Shown: in pieces, positions 62,276-64,000 of the stretch
How the letters are laid out: each line of letters starts with the position of its first letter
Position numbering within the stretch: the first letter of the stretch is position 1
From: Verrucomicrobiaceae bacterium
Lineage (GTDB): Bacteria > Verrucomicrobiota > Verrucomicrobiia > Verrucomicrobiales > V1-33
Reading direction: 5' to 3'
DNA: 64,000 nucleotides
Assembly (NCBI GenBank): GCA_027483175.1
Contig: JAIXVE010000316.1
Span: 1,179 to 65,178, forward strand
The notes under the pieces: model-generated
The model's input: the letters and a program-made list of their open reading frames with translations, nothing else
Told to the model about the DNA's origin: nothing
The model's database searches: none
Translations under genes and position numbers: made by a program

Positions 62276-63393
62276 GTGTTCCATGATTGAATTGTTCTCA
62301 TCGCCAGCCCCCAGCTCAGCGTCATCCCCAGCCCTCCCATCGCCGTCACCATCGTCACCCGCTCCCGCGGCTCAAGCACCACCTGCGTCTGCCCTATCCG
62401 ACTCTTCAGATACGTCCCCTGCCAGCGCATCGCGATGCGCAGATCAGGAATCACCGCAAAGTCCCTCAGCGCCCCCAGAATCAACTCGTCCACCTCCGGC
62501 CGGCTCCCCACCGGAAGATCCATGCCGTACTCGTGCGAATCCCCTAGCGTCAGCGTCCCGTCGTGATGCTGCGCCGCGATCACATGCACTCCCCACCGAT
62601 GATGCTCCGGAAGTTCCGCCTCCAGCCGACTCCGCAGCTTCGCCGTGCTCGGACAATCCCGGAACGCCGGATAATGACACAGCGTCAGGTCACTCACAAA
62701 AATCGCCCCGAGATCAAATCCCCCCGGCTGCGGCACCGTCCGCATCATCTGCAACCGGCACGGCTGAATCTGCGCCGCCTCCAGTTCCTGCGGAAAAAAC
62801 AACCGCATCTCCTCACCCGCAGCAATCACCAGCCGATCAAACCCGAACGTCCGCCCATCCGCCGTCTCCACCCGGTCCTCATGCACCCTCACCACAGGCA
62901 CTCCAAAATGAAGCTCCACCCCCAGCCCACGCGCATATTCAGTCAATGCCGGAATCGCCGTCGGCGTGTGCACCACCGCTTCCTCCCGACTCAGCAGCGC
63001 CCCGCGCAATCCGTCAGGATTCGCCGCCGGAAAACGCCCCACCACTTCCCCGGCCTCCAGCAACTCAAAATCCCCGCGCCCCCCGCCAAACTCGTTCAGC
63101 ACCCCCCACGCTTCCTCCCGGTACGCCAGACTCAAAGATCCCTGCCCACTGATCCAGATCCCAGCCGCAGCCGCAATCTCCTTCCAGCGCTTCACCCCGT
63201 ACAACGCCTGGTCCCGCTCCGGCCCAAACGCACACCCGATCGGCCACAACGTTCCAAAATTCCGCACCGACGCACCCAGCGCCCGACCATCCCGCTCCAG
63301 CACCGTCACCTCATACCCAGCCTCCCGCGCCGTCACCGCATGCGCCAACCCAATCACTCCCGCACCAATGATGAGAACTCGCTGTGTCGCCAT
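62272..63393 (-). CDS. FAD-dependent oxidoreductase (DAO family; phosphonate-cluster type, TIGR03364-like from memory)
   Basis: MATQRVLIIGAGVIGLAHAVTAREAGYEVTVLERD is a Rossmann FAD motif at the N-terminus; the product is about 373 aa. The track ORF extends to 63759 through repeat DNA, and that extension was rejected. Confidence 0.85.
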   Translation of the reverse strand: MATQRVLIIGAGVIGLAHAVTAREAGYEVTVLERDGRALGASVRNFGTLWPIGCAFGPERDQALYGVKRWKEIAAAAGIWISGQGSLSLAYREEAWGVLNEFGGGRGDFELLEAGEVVGRFPAANPDGLRGALLSREEAVVHTPTAIPALTEYARGLGVELHFGVPVVRVHEDRVETADGRTFGFDRLVIAAGEEMRLFFPQELEAAQIQPCRLQMMRTVPQPGGFDLGAIFVSDLTLCHYPAFRDCPSTAKLRSRLEAELPEHHRWGVHVIAAQHHDGTLTLGDSHEYGMDLPVGSRPEVDELILGALRDFAVIPDLRIAMRWQGTYLKSRIGQTQVVLEPRERVTMVTAMGGLGMTLSWGLAMRTIQSWNT

Positions 63394-63506
63394 GAAAGTA
63401 GGTTTGCCTCCCCACCTGTGCCCCGCCTCCCGCCATTGTCCAGCGCCGAACACCCCGAACCCCAATCCGCCCCAGCAACACAACCAGTTCCCCGTCCCCC
63501 CACACG

Positions 63507-63561
63507 CATCCCGCAGGGATGCCGGCCTGTAACCGGTGGTTGAGCAACGCAACACCACCGG
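63507..63561 (+). repeat. REP-like double-hairpin element, copy B
   Basis: catccc-gca-gggatg, then ccggcctgtaa-ccggtggt-tgagcaacgcaac-accaccgg (8-bp stem). Confidence 0.7.
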
Positions 63562-63647
63562 CTTGCCGCCCCCAACCCACCACAAATCCCCCCATCGCCC
63601 CCCCGCTCCCGCGACACCACCGGTTCCGGCCCACAACCCACCACACG

Positions 63648-63693
63648 CATCCCTCAGGGATGCCGGATGGTAGCCGGTGGCGAAAGCCACCGG
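63648..63693 (+). repeat. REP-like double-hairpin element, copy C
   Basis: catccc-tca-gggatg, then ccggatggtag-ccggtgg-cgaaag-ccaccgg (7-bp stem). It is preceded by the same ccacacgcat leader as copy B. Confidence 0.7.
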
Positions 63694-63797
63694 TCTAGCA
63701 AACAAATTGAACCCCGCCCCGGCAGGGGCGGCGGACCCAATAACCTCCTGCGCCTCCACTCATGCCAATGTCGTCCACCCACTCTCCCGACACGCCA

Positions 63798-63867
63798 TTC
63801 CCACTTCCCACTTCCCACTTCCCACTTCCCACTTCTCACTTCTCACTTCTCACTTCCCACTTCCCAC
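63798..63867 (+). repeat. heptanucleotide tandem array (TTCCCAC)x5-(TTCTCAC)x3-(TTCCCAC)x2
   Basis: Ten contiguous 7-nt units counted by hand. It is preceded by acacgccattc as at 58553-58563 and followed by the stop codon of a minus-strand partial ORF. Confidence 0.85.
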
Positions 63868-63871
63868 TTCC

Positions 63872-64000
63872 CTAACTCGGCTCCAGCGCCCAGAGCGCCA
63901 GCGTACAAGCCCATGCTTCCTCCAGCGACATCGACTTCATCTCATGCCCCGGCCCCCATGAGTCAGTGTAATAAATCCGCGAATTCGCCCCGTCATACCC
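63872..64000 (-). CDS. possible 3' end of a minus-strand gene continuing beyond the window
   Basis: The minus frame is open from the window edge to TAG (63874-63872). It reads GYDGANSRIYYTDSWGPGHEMKSMSLEEAWACTLALWALEPS. There is no family assignment, and the fragment is too short to be sure it is coding. Confidence 0.3.
   Translation of the reverse strand, partial: GYDGANSRIYYTDSWGPGHEMKSMSLEEAWACTLALWALEPS

Noticed and set aside
63394-63759. 122-aa N-terminal extension of the FAD oxidoreductase ORF containing duplicated peptides GY(R/H)PASLRDACGG.
   Set aside because: The duplicated peptides are simply the REP-like hairpin elements read in frame. The Rossmann motif MATQRVLIIGAGVIG starts at the ATG at 63393, giving a normal protein of about 373 aa.

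Overview
This is a high-G+C bacterial chromosome segment, about 60-65% G+C by eye. Its gene families are DUF1501/DUF1552/DUF1592 exported-protein genes, PEP-CTERM, CotH, and a giant Calx-beta/choice-of-anchor protein. They point to the PVC superphylum, probably Verrucomicrobiota; this is inference only. Recognisable core genes are gltB-gltD, lpd, a PIN/TRAM membrane protein, tRNA-Thr(UGU), a TPP riboswitch with thiC, initiator tRNA-fMet, cysD-cysN and a GntP permease. Between thiC (ends 17841) and a DUF1592 gene (starts 32631) lies a roughly 14.8 kb, compositionally patchy accessory, defence-type island. In order it carries: a low-GC three-gene cassette with two dCTP-deaminase-fold paralogs, one of them catalytically degenerate and membrane-anchored; an intact DUF1016/YhcG PDDEXK nuclease; a nitronate monooxygenase/nitroreductase/HxlR module; a truncated second DUF1016 gene; phd-relE; a SWIM-SNF2 helicase; vapBC; a zeta-toxin-like P-loop protein; and a tightly coupled pair of STAND-like ATPases, the second with wHTH and TPR. 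I consider the Dcd-fold cassette (17881-19228) and the ATPase pair (29163-32560) the best candidates for an undescribed system. The right half encodes large secreted proteins: a 2306-aa Calx-beta / duplicated choice-of-anchor-I / 5'-nucleotidase fusion, a CotH-LTD protein and an amidohydrolase-CBM9 fusion. It also encodes a GIDE-LemA fusion and a five-gene, translationally coupled phosphonate-catabolism operon (FAD oxidoreductase, phnX, Zn-ADH, HD phosphohydrolase, transporter). That operon is bracketed by the same composite repeat, made of double-hairpin REP-like elements plus heptanucleotide arrays. A related heptamer array plus a perfect 13-bp hairpin sits in-frame inside thiC. No CRISPR array, rRNA, integrase or transposase was seen. 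All calls rest on reading the translated ORFs and the DNA by eye; no searches were run.
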